Below, one piece after another: positions 1 to 8,770 of a stretch of DNA of 40,561 nucleotides (position 1 is the stretch's first letter; each line of letters starts with the position of its first letter). The translations under genes and the position numbers were made by a program. The notes below the pieces were generated by a model that saw only the letters and a program-made list of their open reading frames with translations, was not told the DNA's origin and ran no database searches. The stretch lies in IMG/VR virus record IMGVR_UViG_3300029220_000017; one strand, 5' to 3'. The stretch comes from a virus.

Positions 1-99
1 TCTCTCGATATAGACAGACCACTGGGAGCAGCAGATTTTTTATTTTTCTTTGCCATTATGCCATTTTCACCTGCCTTCTAAGCTCACTTGCCATCCTTC
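1..99. repeat. 99-bp exact terminal direct repeat, copy 1 (circular-contig overlap)
   Basis: Bases 1-99 are letter-identical to 40463-40561. On the minus strand the tape-measure stop (TAA, 56-58) and the ATG of the next tail gene (54-56, same as 40516-40518) form TAATG. The two ends are therefore one continuous locus. Confidence 0.95.
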
Positions 100-2380
100 T
101 TCCCCATTCTTCTGGGTTATCTGCACCGTTTACAGTTACATTAATAGTTACATCATTTTTCGTTCCCTGTGTTGCCTCTTTGATATCGCTCATTAACCTA
201 CTACGACCGTACAGCATCTCGTCTCCTGCTTCTCCTGCTCCAAACAATGTGGCGTCAGAAAATACATACGGGCTTTCCATAGCCTTTTTATACCAGCTAA
301 TGTGGAATGATGGTAGTGAGCCCTTTCCGCCAATACCGAACGGAGCTTTTCCGCCGGAAACACTCAGGTGCGGTAGGTTTAGGTGCGGAAGAGACCAGCT
401 AAACTTTAAGGCATTCTTAAACCGTCCAGGGAAGCTTTTTACAAGGGATACTGCCTTAGTAAAGATGCTCTTTACAGCTGACGGTATCTTAGTAAACGCC
501 CCTTTAACAGCGGATAAAATGCCGTTGCCCTTAAACGCCCCTTTGAATCCGTTTACGGCATTTTTAGCAGCAGTCTTTAAGAGCGATGGGAGATTTTTGA
601 CCCCTTTTATTATGCCAGTAACAATGTTTTTACCAAGCGAAAACCAGTTGAACGCTGTAAATATACTTACAATGGCTGTGATAATTTTAGGCAAATTAGC
701 AATTAACAACGGAATCGCACGAACTAGGCCAATCGCTAAATTTGTTATGATCGTTACTCCTGTCGCAAGGATTTTTGGCGCGTTATCGTTAATGATACCG
801 GCTAAATTTGTTATGATCGTAGGTACATATGCAATCAATACAGGGATAGAGTTAATCAACCCTTGCGCGATATTTTGGATAAGAGCCAAACCTGCATTTA
901 TTAGTTTTCCTGCATTGCTTCTCAGTGATTCCGTAAATTGCGTCAACATCGGCAACGCCTGTCCTAAAAAGGTTGGGATGCCCTGAGTCATGCCGCTGGC
1001 AATAGTCGTCAGCAAATTAACTCCGACCGAAGTAAATACATTTAGTCCTACGGAAATCGTAGAGGCGAGATTATTTAACAGTTGGCCGACAGCAGTTGTA
1101 ATACTGCCAGAATTTTGAGTAACACTCGAAATTAAACCGTTTATGAGGTTGCCGCCGATTTTTATCAGCCCCGGCAACTGACCACTAAAATTAATCGCAT
1201 CTTGCGCCAGTTTGGAAAAAGCGCCGCTTATGCCGCCGGATTCCATCGCCTCAGCTAATCCACTAACCTCGCTTGTTATACCTTTGATGGCACCACGGAT
1301 AGCGCCTGAAAAAGTATTGTAAAAACCCAGTTCTAAGCCCTCTGTAGCACTAGATAGTAAGGTTATGTCACCTTTTAGATTGTCTAGCTGTGTAGCCGCC
1401 TGCTGTGCCGCGGAGCCGGAAGAATCCTGTATTCCTTTCCAAAATTTTTGCACAGTCGCATCACTTGATGCGGTCATTTTGTTAAATGCCTGCAAACCTT
1501 GCGTTGTAAAAATCGTAGCAAGAGCGTTGTTTTTTTGTTCCGCTGTCATACCCTGTAAAGAGCCATTCAGCTCGTCTACGAGGTCGTTAAAGTCCTTTGC
1601 ATCTCCGTTGGCTTCGTAGACAGATACTCCTAACTGGTTTAATGCTTTTGATGCATCATCAGTCGGAGTATATAAATCTGCCATTGCCCTATTTAACGCT
1701 GTAGATGCCTCGGAGCCTGTCACGTTCTGCTCTGCTAAGCGGAGCAAGGAAAGCGTGACACTGTCCGCCGCTTGGCCGTAGTTTTTCGCTGTGGCAGCAG
1801 AACCAGAGAAAGCTTCTCCAAGACCTCTTACGTTCGTATTAGCAAGAGTAGCACCCTTTGCCATTAAATCAGCATAATAAGATGCGTTGCCCATCGAGTC
1901 GCCAAAGCCCTTTACAGCTCCGGCGGTATACGATGCCGATTCTTCCAGACTCATAGCACCGGCAGAAGCAAGGTTAAGTACCGTTCCGATGCCACTAATC
2001 TGCTCATCCGCTGACAAGCCGGCTTGGGCAAGAATGTTCATGCCTTCCGCTGCTTCCGTCGCGGTGTACTTTGTAGTGCGCCCCATTTCCTCAGCCTTGG
2101 CTTCAACATTCCCTATCTTATCTACGGTTGTTCCCATGGTAGCTGCTACCTGAGACATCGCAGTATCAAAATTCATTCCGGAATCTATTGACGTTTTTGT
2201 AAATGCAGCGGCGGCGGCAGAACCAGCCGCCATGGCTGTTTTAGCCGCCTTCCCGACTGTTTTAAATGCCCCGCCGATTTTTGATGTGGACGAGCTGGCG
2301 TTACCTTCTGCGTCTTTCAACCCCTGCTTATATGCGGTGTCTTTGATTGCCAGAGTGACAAACAATTCCATTACATTCAA
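56..2380 (-). CDS. Tail tape measure protein
   Basis: 774 aa, located between the chaperone pair and the tail-tip genes. TP901-type core motif GMNFDTAMSQVAATMG. The C-terminal half is rich in G/A/S/I/L helical repeats. The start at 2380 is TTG preceded by GGTGGTGGA; an alternative ATG lies at 2371. Confidence 0.9.
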   Translation of the reverse strand: MNVMELFVTLAIKDTAYKQGLKDAEGNASSSTSKIGGAFKTVGKAAKTAMAAGSAAAAAFTKTSIDSGMNFDTAMSQVAATMGTTVDKIGNVEAKAEEMGRTTKYTATEAAEGMNILAQAGLSADEQISGIGTVLNLASAGAMSLEESASYTAGAVKGFGDSMGNASYYADLMAKGATLANTNVRGLGEAFSGSAATAKNYGQAADSVTLSLLRLAEQNVTGSEASTALNRAMADLYTPTDDASKALNQLGVSVYEANGDAKDFNDLVDELNGSLQGMTAEQKNNALATIFTTQGLQAFNKMTASSDATVQKFWKGIQDSSGSAAQQAATQLDNLKGDITLLSSATEGLELGFYNTFSGAIRGAIKGITSEVSGLAEAMESGGISGAFSKLAQDAINFSGQLPGLIKIGGNLINGLISSVTQNSGSITTAVGQLLNNLASTISVGLNVFTSVGVNLLTTIASGMTQGIPTFLGQALPMLTQFTESLRSNAGKLINAGLALIQNIAQGLINSIPVLIAYVPTIITNLAGIINDNAPKILATGVTIITNLAIGLVRAIPLLIANLPKIITAIVSIFTAFNWFSLGKNIVTGIIKGVKNLPSLLKTAAKNAVNGFKGAFKGNGILSAVKGAFTKIPSAVKSIFTKAVSLVKSFPGRFKNALKFSWSLPHLNLPHLSVSGGKAPFGIGGKGSLPSFHISWYKKAMESPYVFSDATLFGAGEAGDEMLYGRSRLMSDIKEATQGTKNDVTINVTVNGADNPEEWGRRMASELRRQVKMA

Positions 2381-2381
2381 A

Positions 2382-2636
2382 TTATTCCACCACCAATCCG
2401 GCTTTTTTAATGACGTCCGCGGCTATTTCTTCGCCAGTCTTTGTTGCTGTTTGCTTTTTATCGCTATTAATCAAATCAAAAAATGATACATAGAGATATT
2501 TCCCACCGAACGCCTGCGAAATGCTTTCGGTTACATATTTCAGCCCATCGGCCATGTATCGCTTGTAAATTAATTCCTCTGTATCGTCTAAAATCTTAGC
2601 TTTGACATACAGCAGGAAGCCTTTTACGCTTTTTCC
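2382..2636 (-). CDS. -1 frameshift extension of the tail assembly chaperone (gpGT-like product)
   Basis: An 82-codon frame with no start codon fills the entire gap between the chaperone stop (2624-2626) and the tape-measure start. It is reached by a -1 slip on G GAA AAA G (2629-2636) and ends at TAA 2382-2384. Confidence 0.55.
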   Translation of the reverse strand, partial: GKSVKGFLLYVKAKILDDTEELIYKRYMADGLKYVTESISQAFGGKYLYVSFFDLINSDKKQTATKTGEEIAADVIKKAGLVVE

Positions 2637-3022
2637 TCTGTATTCTCCTGCGCATCGCCAGAGGGTTCTTCTGTTGCGCCTGTTGGCGCTGAGAAAAAAA
2701 GCTGACGTACCTCCGGTTCGTTGACAAGGTCAACCATACCCTTGATAACATCCATTAATTTGTGCTTTTTCTTGTATTCCTCAACTGTCTGTAATTCAAA
2801 CGCCGCTAAGATTCCAATTACGTCATCTTTGTGTGTTTTTAACAGTCTAGGGGCTGTTTTAGCGCCCCTGGCAAAGACTTTGATGTATTTCTCACCTTCC
2901 CGCGGCACAAGTTCCTGGCACAGCTTAAGCGCGTCATCATCGTCTGCAATGTTTCCGATATGTTCAAGAGAATTCGCAATCGCTTCTAAGCCCTGTTCTG
3001 CTGTTAATTCTGATAATCTCAT
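2624..3022 (-). CDS. Tail assembly chaperone (gpG-like)
   Basis: 132 aa with an acidic C-terminus. It sits immediately between the major tail protein and the tape measure and is followed by a frameshift-accessible extension. Confidence 0.7.
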   Translation of the reverse strand: MRLSELTAEQGLEAIANSLEHIGNIADDDDALKLCQELVPREGEKYIKVFARGAKTAPRLLKTHKDDVIGILAAFELQTVEEYKKKHKLMDVIKGMVDLVNEPEVRQLFFSAPTGATEEPSGDAQENTEEKA

Positions 3023-3032
3023 GCTTTACCTC

Positions 3033-3608
3033 CTACGCCGCTTCGCCTGTTTTGATATAGACCTCGTAAGGTACTGTCTCTGCGTTCTTAATGCTGTAGT
3101 GCCCTGTGTATTCAAAATCAAAATTTCCTTTGGATTTATCATCTGATTTAATCTTAAATCCGCCCGTTGAGAGGGCATTCATAATTTTAATCGCGATAAA
3201 TCCGGCGGAATCCCCGGAATTTTCGTCCGAATAGTCACCGATCCACCAAATATCCTTAAAATCTTCTGCTTTTAAATCTGCCCTTGGTGTTACTTTGTTT
3301 CCTGCTACGTCTGCCGCCGCCATAAAGCTTTTAGCCTGTGTGGTATCCATAGTAACGGCTGTACCTGATAATTTTACTTCAATAGATTCAATTTCCTTGA
3401 GTTCCATCGTGTTTTTTGGTACGTTGTCAATATCTTCCCCGAAATCCGTAAAGGACGGCTCTGCGCTAAAACTACAACCGCCGCTGGTTGCCATGAGGAT
3501 GTTAGTTGCTGTTATGGCGCCCGTTTCTGGCTCAAAAGCTGATACAATAATACCGGCATTAATCTGTATTTTTTTGAAAAGGTCAGAAGGTACCTGTGTA
3601 TACTTCAT
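3033..3608 (-). CDS. Major tail protein
   Basis: 191 aa and beta-rich, in the canonical position upstream of the chaperone and tape measure. No sheath gene is present, so the phage is a siphovirus. Confidence 0.7.
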   Translation of the reverse strand: MKYTQVPSDLFKKIQINAGIIVSAFEPETGAITATNILMATSGGCSFSAEPSFTDFGEDIDNVPKNTMELKEIESIEVKLSGTAVTMDTTQAKSFMAAADVAGNKVTPRADLKAEDFKDIWWIGDYSDENSGDSAGFIAIKIMNALSTGGFKIKSDDKSKGNFDFEYTGHYSIKNAETVPYEVYIKTGEAA

Positions 3609-3620
3609 TTGCTCACCTCG

Positions 3621-3986
3621 TTAAATAGTTATAAATTGCATAGTTATTACTGTGTATCTGCGTACTATTGACGAGTCGGCTTCATCGACCAAAGGAGTCC
3701 ACGGTTGGTCCTGTGATAAAAAAATGATTCCATCATCGCACTTGACCGTGGTTCCCCCTTGTAATTTGTCGCTGATTTCTTTTACCTTTTTGTTCGGAAT
3801 TGCCTCTGATTCTGTGTGGTACCATACGTTTACAGTGCTGGCGGCGGCCGCGCCTGTCCACCAGTTTGCTATAATCGGCTCATATGTGATAAAAGGGAAA
3901 GTGGCGTCCTCCGGCACCCTGTTAGACGGATATGCAGTTATGCCGAAGGATGACCAGAATTGATACAGTGCCGCCGTTGGGGTCAT
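3621..3986 (-). CDS. Tail completion / tail terminator-like protein (DUF3168-like)
   Basis: Positioned just before the major tail protein. The preferred start is ATG 3986, which forms an ATGA overlap with the upstream stop and follows GGGAG. The ORF-track start at 4001 is GTG. Confidence 0.5.
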   Translation of the reverse strand: MTPTAALYQFWSSFGITAYPSNRVPEDATFPFITYEPIIANWWTGAAAASTVNVWYHTESEAIPNKKVKEISDKLQGGTTVKCDDGIIFLSQDQPWTPLVDEADSSIVRRYTVITMQFITI

Positions 3987-4330
3987 GACGTTAACTCCCA
4001 CTTTTCCGCCATGACCTGTGCTATGTCTAAATTGGACGATACAGGGGTTTCTTTTTCTCCTGCATTTGATGTAACTCTAAAAATTTTTCCGTCTTTTGTT
4101 TTTAATACATCATGATAGCTCAGCTTTACTGTTTTAGCTGTAGTGATTGTATATGTTGCTGTTACACCCTCTTTTTCTGCCACTCTGGCAGACATGGAGG
4201 TATCTCGGACTATTGCCGCCTGTATTTTAGCGCCCTCGACCCATTCGGTGATAAATCCACCCTCGCCGTCAGAAGTGCGCTTTTTATCCATGAGTATACA
4301 ATCCTGTAAAAATTCATTGATTAAACTCAT
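3983..4330 (-). CDS. Head-tail adaptor / head closure protein (Phage_H_T_join-like)
   Basis: 115 aa counted from ATG 4330, which follows a GGAGG site 8 nt upstream and forms an ATGA overlap with the upstream stop. Position and size fit SPP1 gp16-type adaptors. Confidence 0.55.
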   Translation of the reverse strand: MSLINEFLQDCILMDKKRTSDGEGGFITEWVEGAKIQAAIVRDTSMSARVAEKEGVTATYTITTAKTVKLSYHDVLKTKDGKIFRVTSNAGEKETPVSSNLDIAQVMAEKWELTS

Positions 4331-4806
4331 GCCATTTTCCTCCATGGGTTTAGGCGCGCCCTAAAGGCATCTTGCCATGTGTAGGTCTCGCCCTTGCTAT
4401 TTGTTGCTCTGCTGTACGAATAGCCGCCAAATGACTCCGACTGATACGCTCCTAAATTGCCGTTTTTCGCTTGCCACTCGCTGATTTCGTCCACCAGTGA
4501 CAAAAACGGTTTAGGGATAGCCAGTGGAACCACTACACCGTCAAATGTCTCCTCCTGTAACGGGGCAGTATCGCCTTTGTGATACTGATAAACCCCGTCA
4601 TTAAAAATAGAGCCGCTTATCAAATAATACTGCCCGTCCTGTAGTGGGAGGCGAATCGCAGTGTCAAAATAACGTAGGTCTTTGGTGTCTGCCGTTGCAT
4701 CTATATGCGTGTCAAAAATCCATTCCCCGATTGTTATTTTTCCTGTGATCGCCGCCCCCTTGACCGGGAAGAAATTGTGAATGTGATTCATGATTTCATA
4801 AAGCAC
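4327..4806 (-). CDS. Putative head-tail connector protein
   Basis: 159 aa, directly downstream of the capsid gene and translationally coupled to the adaptor. The call rests mainly on position. Confidence 0.4.
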   Translation of the reverse strand: MLYEIMNHIHNFFPVKGAAITGKITIGEWIFDTHIDATADTKDLRYFDTAIRLPLQDGQYYLISGSIFNDGVYQYHKGDTAPLQEETFDGVVVPLAIPKPFLSLVDEISEWQAKNGNLGAYQSESFGGYSYSRATNSKGETYTWQDAFRARLNPWRKMA

Positions 4807-4820
4807 TCAATCAACCCCTT

Positions 4821-5759
4821 TTATTTTCCGCTTAAACTTGATACTTCCGGGATAGTTTCTGTAGTTCCAACGGTAACTACACAAACACCGTCAAGGTATT
4901 CTGCCCACAGTTTCATGCCCATAATGGCGTATGTTTCGCCTGTGGCGTTTGTATAGTTGCCGCCTGCGTGAAATCCAATCAGATTTGTTTCGCCAGATGT
5001 CGTGTAGTCAAGCCCAAGTTTTTTAAAATCGCTGTCGCCGGGATCAATATAATATAGATCAATATTTTCCACCGGTGTTGCAATGACGGTTTTTGCCGGA
5101 ATATAGTCGTCAGGGAGAAGGAACAGCGTGGAGAAACCGAAGAAATTTTTGATATACTGTAAACCAAACATTGTCTGCACAGTAATCTCTTTATCACCTA
5201 ACCAGTCGTAAAAATCCATTACGTTTGCAAATCCTACGACTTCGGTTACATTTCTGTTCATTCCTGCGAATTTATTAAGTACAGCACCTTTTGCGATTGC
5301 AAGTGCTTTCTGCCATTTCTTCTGTGTTCCTTTTAATGTTCCGGTTTTTAAAAATGTGTAAAAATCCTTTAAAACCTTGTTCTGCAGCTCAACCATAAAG
5401 GCATCATCTGTTTTTTCAATCGCAACGGTTGCGCCCCATTTTGCCACAGACTCAAGAGTTAAAGATTTAGCGTATTTTTCTACGACAATATCTTCTCTCT
5501 TACTTTCCACAACTTTAAACTGCGTAAAAGGGATTGCCTCTCCCTCGCCCACACTTGCGCCGCCCTGTAAAGCTTCATCTTCCATCTGCGCTTCGTAGGT
5601 TACTAAGCTAGTGCCCGGCTCTTTTCTAATAGGTCTAACGATTCCCAAGATGGTTCTTAATGCATCCCAGTTTTTTTCAAATCTTGTTACAAAATCAATT
5701 TCTCTCGCTTTGAGGGTGCTATCTGTATTTAATACAGTGCTAGTAGTTACTCCTGGCAT
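4821..5759 (-). CDS. Major capsid protein
   Basis: 312 aa, directly after the scaffolding gene in a portal-MuF-scaffold-capsid order. No prohead protease is present, as in SPP1-like phages. Confidence 0.8.
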   Translation of the reverse strand: MPGVTTSTVLNTDSTLKAREIDFVTRFEKNWDALRTILGIVRPIRKEPGTSLVTYEAQMEDEALQGGASVGEGEAIPFTQFKVVESKREDIVVEKYAKSLTLESVAKWGATVAIEKTDDAFMVELQNKVLKDFYTFLKTGTLKGTQKKWQKALAIAKGAVLNKFAGMNRNVTEVVGFANVMDFYDWLGDKEITVQTMFGLQYIKNFFGFSTLFLLPDDYIPAKTVIATPVENIDLYYIDPGDSDFKKLGLDYTTSGETNLIGFHAGGNYTNATGETYAIMGMKLWAEYLDGVCVVTVGTTETIPEVSSLSGK

Positions 5760-5771
5760 TGTTTACTCCTT

Positions 5772-6356
5772 TCAAAATCCAAAAAGTTCGTGATTTTCCG
5801 CAATCGCTTTCTGACGTTCGCCTGCATCTTTAATTTCCATGATTTCTTTCTTGGTCATTTTCCCCGGTTCTCCTCCCGGTGGATTTGATACATTAGCGCC
5901 CTGAGTTTTTTCAGTTGTAATATAATCGGCATACGCTTCTTTGATGCCTTTTTCTACTTCTGCTGCATTCTCAAATTTGCCGTCAGTTCCGATTTTTAAA
6001 TTATCAATAGTCTCTTTTGATGCTTTTAATGCAAGGTTAATTACTTTACTGGACACGCCGGACTCCTCAAGCATCTTCTTATACGCGGCTTCTTTCGCGC
6101 TGTAGGACGCTTTCTTGTCCTGTTCGGCTTTGTAGTTCTCAAAACCTGCGTGTTCTTTTTCATACTTGCCTTTCCAATCATCTTTTTCGTAGTCCTCCAA
6201 TTTCTTCTGGAGGTCTAAGACTTTCTCCGCATCTTCTTTGTATTTACTAATCTCACTCTTGAGACCCGTAACGGTTGCAGAGTGTTCTTCGATAATCGCG
6301 GAAACCTGTTCGTCTGTAAGTGTCATGCTCTTTAAAAAAGCCCTTGTTAATGCCAT
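5772..6356 (-). CDS. Scaffolding protein (DUF4355 / GP20-like)
   Basis: 194 aa, highly charged coiled-coil sequence (KYKEDAEKVLDLQKKLEDYEKDDWKGKYEKE) immediately upstream of the capsid gene. Confidence 0.75.
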   Translation of the reverse strand: MALTRAFLKSMTLTDEQVSAIIEEHSATVTGLKSEISKYKEDAEKVLDLQKKLEDYEKDDWKGKYEKEHAGFENYKAEQDKKASYSAKEAAYKKMLEESGVSSKVINLALKASKETIDNLKIGTDGKFENAAEVEKGIKEAYADYITTEKTQGANVSNPPGGEPGKMTKKEIMEIKDAGERQKAIAENHELFGF

Positions 6357-6427
6357 TTGATTACTCCTTTTCTTCGAGGGATTTCTTTCCCTAAATGACT
6401 TTATATGTAAATCACAGTACTTCGTGA

Positions 6428-7372
6428 TTACTTTCTAAACATTTTTGCGGCTTTAAGGGATTTCACCCCAAATTTGCCGTCAATTTTTAATTTACATTTC
6501 GACTGGAAAATGCTAACCGCATCTTCCGTCTTTTCGCCGTATTTGCCGTCAGTATCTAATTTTGAGCCAATAGCCCAGTTTAAAAACTTCTGCAATTTTT
6601 CAATTTCCCCTTTTGCGTTTTTTAGCACTGTAATACCGTCTAAAAACGCATAGTAGCCTCTTGGTGGCAATTTGGGGAATCCCCCGGTGTATTTAACCTT
6701 TTTTGTTGTTTCTTCCTTCTGCGCCTTCGCCGGGAAGTCGTGATACAAAATATTTAAATCAAAATTTCCACCGTTGCCGGTTGAAACCTTAGTCGGAAAT
6801 ACGCCAGAGCTGGTATACTGCCATGCCATGAGGTCGGTTACGCTTGCAGGCTTGTAAGATTTGTTCGGCGTTGCCTTAAACGCCATGCGGTTATAGCCTT
6901 TGTAATAACGTGCAACCCACCAGTTTTTACACTTGACCTTGTTTTTATTAATATGCTCTGAAAAATACGACATCCCAGTGTAAACGCCAAATTTATAGCC
7001 CCTTGACTCAACGACAGTCTGTGCCGCGTTGATAATCTCAGCAATCTTTGCTTTACTCAGCCCTGCCTGGACTTTGTCCTCAATATCAAACCAAACGCCG
7101 TATTTAAAATGCTTTTTGCTGACTTTGTCGAGGATGTCACATATAAGCTCCATGTCCGACTTAGCTTTTGCCGCTGTGGTAGCGTATGTGTAGTTGTATA
7201 CGCCCCATGAAATACCCAATTTCTCACACTTTTTATAGTTCTCCTCAAATTTTTTATCTTTGCCTAAATCCTTGCGGATAATCTTAATGATCGCACCATC
7301 ACAACCGTATTTCTTTACTTTTTTCCAGTCGATCGTGCCATTGTATACCGACACGTCAATAATTTTCTTCAT
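6428..7372 (-). CDS. GH25 muramidase with C-terminal peptidoglycan-binding repeat (endolysin-type architecture)
   Basis: The N-terminus IIDVSVYNGTIDWKKVKKYGCDGAIIK...WGVYNYTYA...GVWFDIED is a typical GH25 lysozyme. The C-terminus LQKFLNW...LDTDGKYGEKTEDAV..FQ...LKIDGKFG is PG_binding_1-like. The start ATG 7372 forms an ATGA overlap with the upstream gene. Confidence 0.8.
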   Translation of the reverse strand: MKKIIDVSVYNGTIDWKKVKKYGCDGAIIKIIRKDLGKDKKFEENYKKCEKLGISWGVYNYTYATTAAKAKSDMELICDILDKVSKKHFKYGVWFDIEDKVQAGLSKAKIAEIINAAQTVVESRGYKFGVYTGMSYFSEHINKNKVKCKNWWVARYYKGYNRMAFKATPNKSYKPASVTDLMAWQYTSSGVFPTKVSTGNGGNFDLNILYHDFPAKAQKEETTKKVKYTGGFPKLPPRGYYAFLDGITVLKNAKGEIEKLQKFLNWAIGSKLDTDGKYGEKTEDAVSIFQSKCKLKIDGKFGVKSLKAAKMFRK

Positions 7373-7776
7373 CCCATCGCTCCTTTCAATTCGTCCGCAA
7401 TGATTGCTGTGTATTCTTTTGCGTAATTTGCCGCCGCTGGTTTCAAATATGGCTGCGCCCTCTGACCGTTTGTGATATGCCACTGTCCCTTATCATCCTG
7501 ATAAGTCCATGGAGTCTTCCGCCCGCCCTTGTAGTACACGCCAGTTCCTAATTCGACGTAGGCGGCGTACTCTTCGTTGCTACCAATTATCTCTGTGAGA
7601 TTTTCCAAGTCGGTTTGATGTGTGATGCTGTTTCTCAGCGCACCCGTATCGACCGGGCAGAGGTCTTTAGCATGCCCTTCTGCGGCGGCTCCTGCCTGTT
7701 CTAACGCTCTTGCAAGCGCCATGGTGGTCTTTAAAATTACTTCGTCCACGTGGCTTACAACATCAATATCTGCCAT
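7369..7776 (-). CDS. HK97 gp10-family neck/tail-completion protein
   Basis: Motifs PVDTGALRNSI, YAAYVELGTG and AQPYLKPA. The start ATG 7776 forms a TAATG overlap with the MuF-like stop. The longer ORF-track N-terminus is rejected. Confidence 0.75.
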   Translation of the reverse strand: MADIDVVSHVDEVILKTTMALARALEQAGAAAEGHAKDLCPVDTGALRNSITHQTDLENLTEIIGSNEEYAAYVELGTGVYYKGGRKTPWTYQDDKGQWHITNGQRAQPYLKPAAANYAKEYTAIIADELKGAMG

Positions 7777-8768
7777 TATATTCGCCCCCTTTGCGTCGCT
7801 AACCATTCGTAATAGGTCATGTCTTCTATGACTTCGTTTCTGCCTGTTTCCAGATTTTTGACACGTATCATTCGCGGTTGTGCCATTTCGGCGGGTAGCG
7901 CAGTTCTCTGCGTACATCGACAGTTATAAACTTCTGCCGGAATCCCACTTGGGTCGCCCGGATACATAAGGCCGTTTGAGTAAGCCATGTTAAACGGTAC
8001 TTCCTCACCGTCTAATGTTCTGTGACTGTCTCGTGTCCTCAAGTCCTTTGTTGCTGTCCAGTGTTTCACCACATCAATTCCCATCTGGTAGGCTTCCTCG
8101 TATGCCGCCTGCCTGCCCCCGTTTTGCGCTCCTGTAAACGCTGTGCGGGCGTTTCTGATTGCGGCAGTATGATTCATGCCCGTAACGTCCTGGAATCGCC
8201 CCGCGAGCTTTTTTATGCTGTCACCCTGTAAAATTCCTTGCAGCAGTGCATTTTGCAATTTCTTCTTGTTCCAGTGCACATCCTTGCTTTTTAGTACCCT
8301 ACGCGGTGGAAGAATCTTCTGTTTTCTGATTGTCAGCCGCTTAACTGTATGCTCGTCAACCAAATTAAAAGCAATATCTCCAATCTCTTTTATCTGTCTG
8401 TCAGGTACAAGAGATTTAATCATGTATGCCTCGAAATTACGATTGAGGGCAATAACAAGAGGGGTCTTTTCGTTGATATACGCCGCGGCAATCTGGTTTG
8501 ATTCTGCCAGCCGCCGCGCCATGTCCTCGCGCAGTGCTTCCCACCTCTGCCCTCTGCCATACTGATTCATCAGCCATGCTTCAAATTCTTTTTTCGTGTA
8601 CTTCCCTGCCTGGTATGCCGCATATTCTTTGGCATACCGGTTGGCAAATTGCTTAAAATAACTTCTCGCTTTGCCGTCAAGTTCCTTTTCGGCCTGTTTA
8701 TATACGTCTGTCAGCCGTTTTTCTAACTTTTGTAGCTCCTGCTCTGTCCACTTGTCGGATGGATACAT
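7776..8768 (-). CDS. Head morphogenesis protein (Mu F / SPP1 gp7 family)
   Basis: Motif WTATKDLRTRDSHRTLDGEEV...YNCRCT, located directly after the portal gene. Confidence 0.85.
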   Translation of the reverse strand: MYPSDKWTEQELQKLEKRLTDVYKQAEKELDGKARSYFKQFANRYAKEYAAYQAGKYTKKEFEAWLMNQYGRGQRWEALREDMARRLAESNQIAAAYINEKTPLVIALNRNFEAYMIKSLVPDRQIKEIGDIAFNLVDEHTVKRLTIRKQKILPPRRVLKSKDVHWNKKKLQNALLQGILQGDSIKKLAGRFQDVTGMNHTAAIRNARTAFTGAQNGGRQAAYEEAYQMGIDVVKHWTATKDLRTRDSHRTLDGEEVPFNMAYSNGLMYPGDPSGIPAEVYNCRCTQRTALPAEMAQPRMIRVKNLETGRNEVIEDMTYYEWLATQRGRI

Positions 8769-8770
8769 GT

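Noticed and set aside
1-99. The terminal repeat as a biological DTR or cos end
   Set aside because: The exact 99-bp length, the genes reading seamlessly across the junction and a PBSX/headful-type terminase favour an assembly overlap of a circular or permuted genome. This cannot be fully excluded without read-terminus data.
180-2486. Plus-strand ORFs of 84-268 aa (180..986, 1365..1619, 1887..2153, 2232..2486) antisense to the tape measure gene
   Set aside because: They lie fully inside a long, well-supported minus-strand gene. They have no ribosome binding sites and show the biased, low-complexity composition typical of antisense frames.
7369-7917. The long N-terminal extensions given in the ORF track for the gp10-like (182 aa) and GH25 (351 aa) genes
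   Set aside because: The extensions overlap the preceding genes by more than 100 nt and look like translated out-of-frame sequence. Internal ATGs at 7776 and 7372 form TAATG/ATGA coupling junctions and begin exactly where the recognisable domains start.
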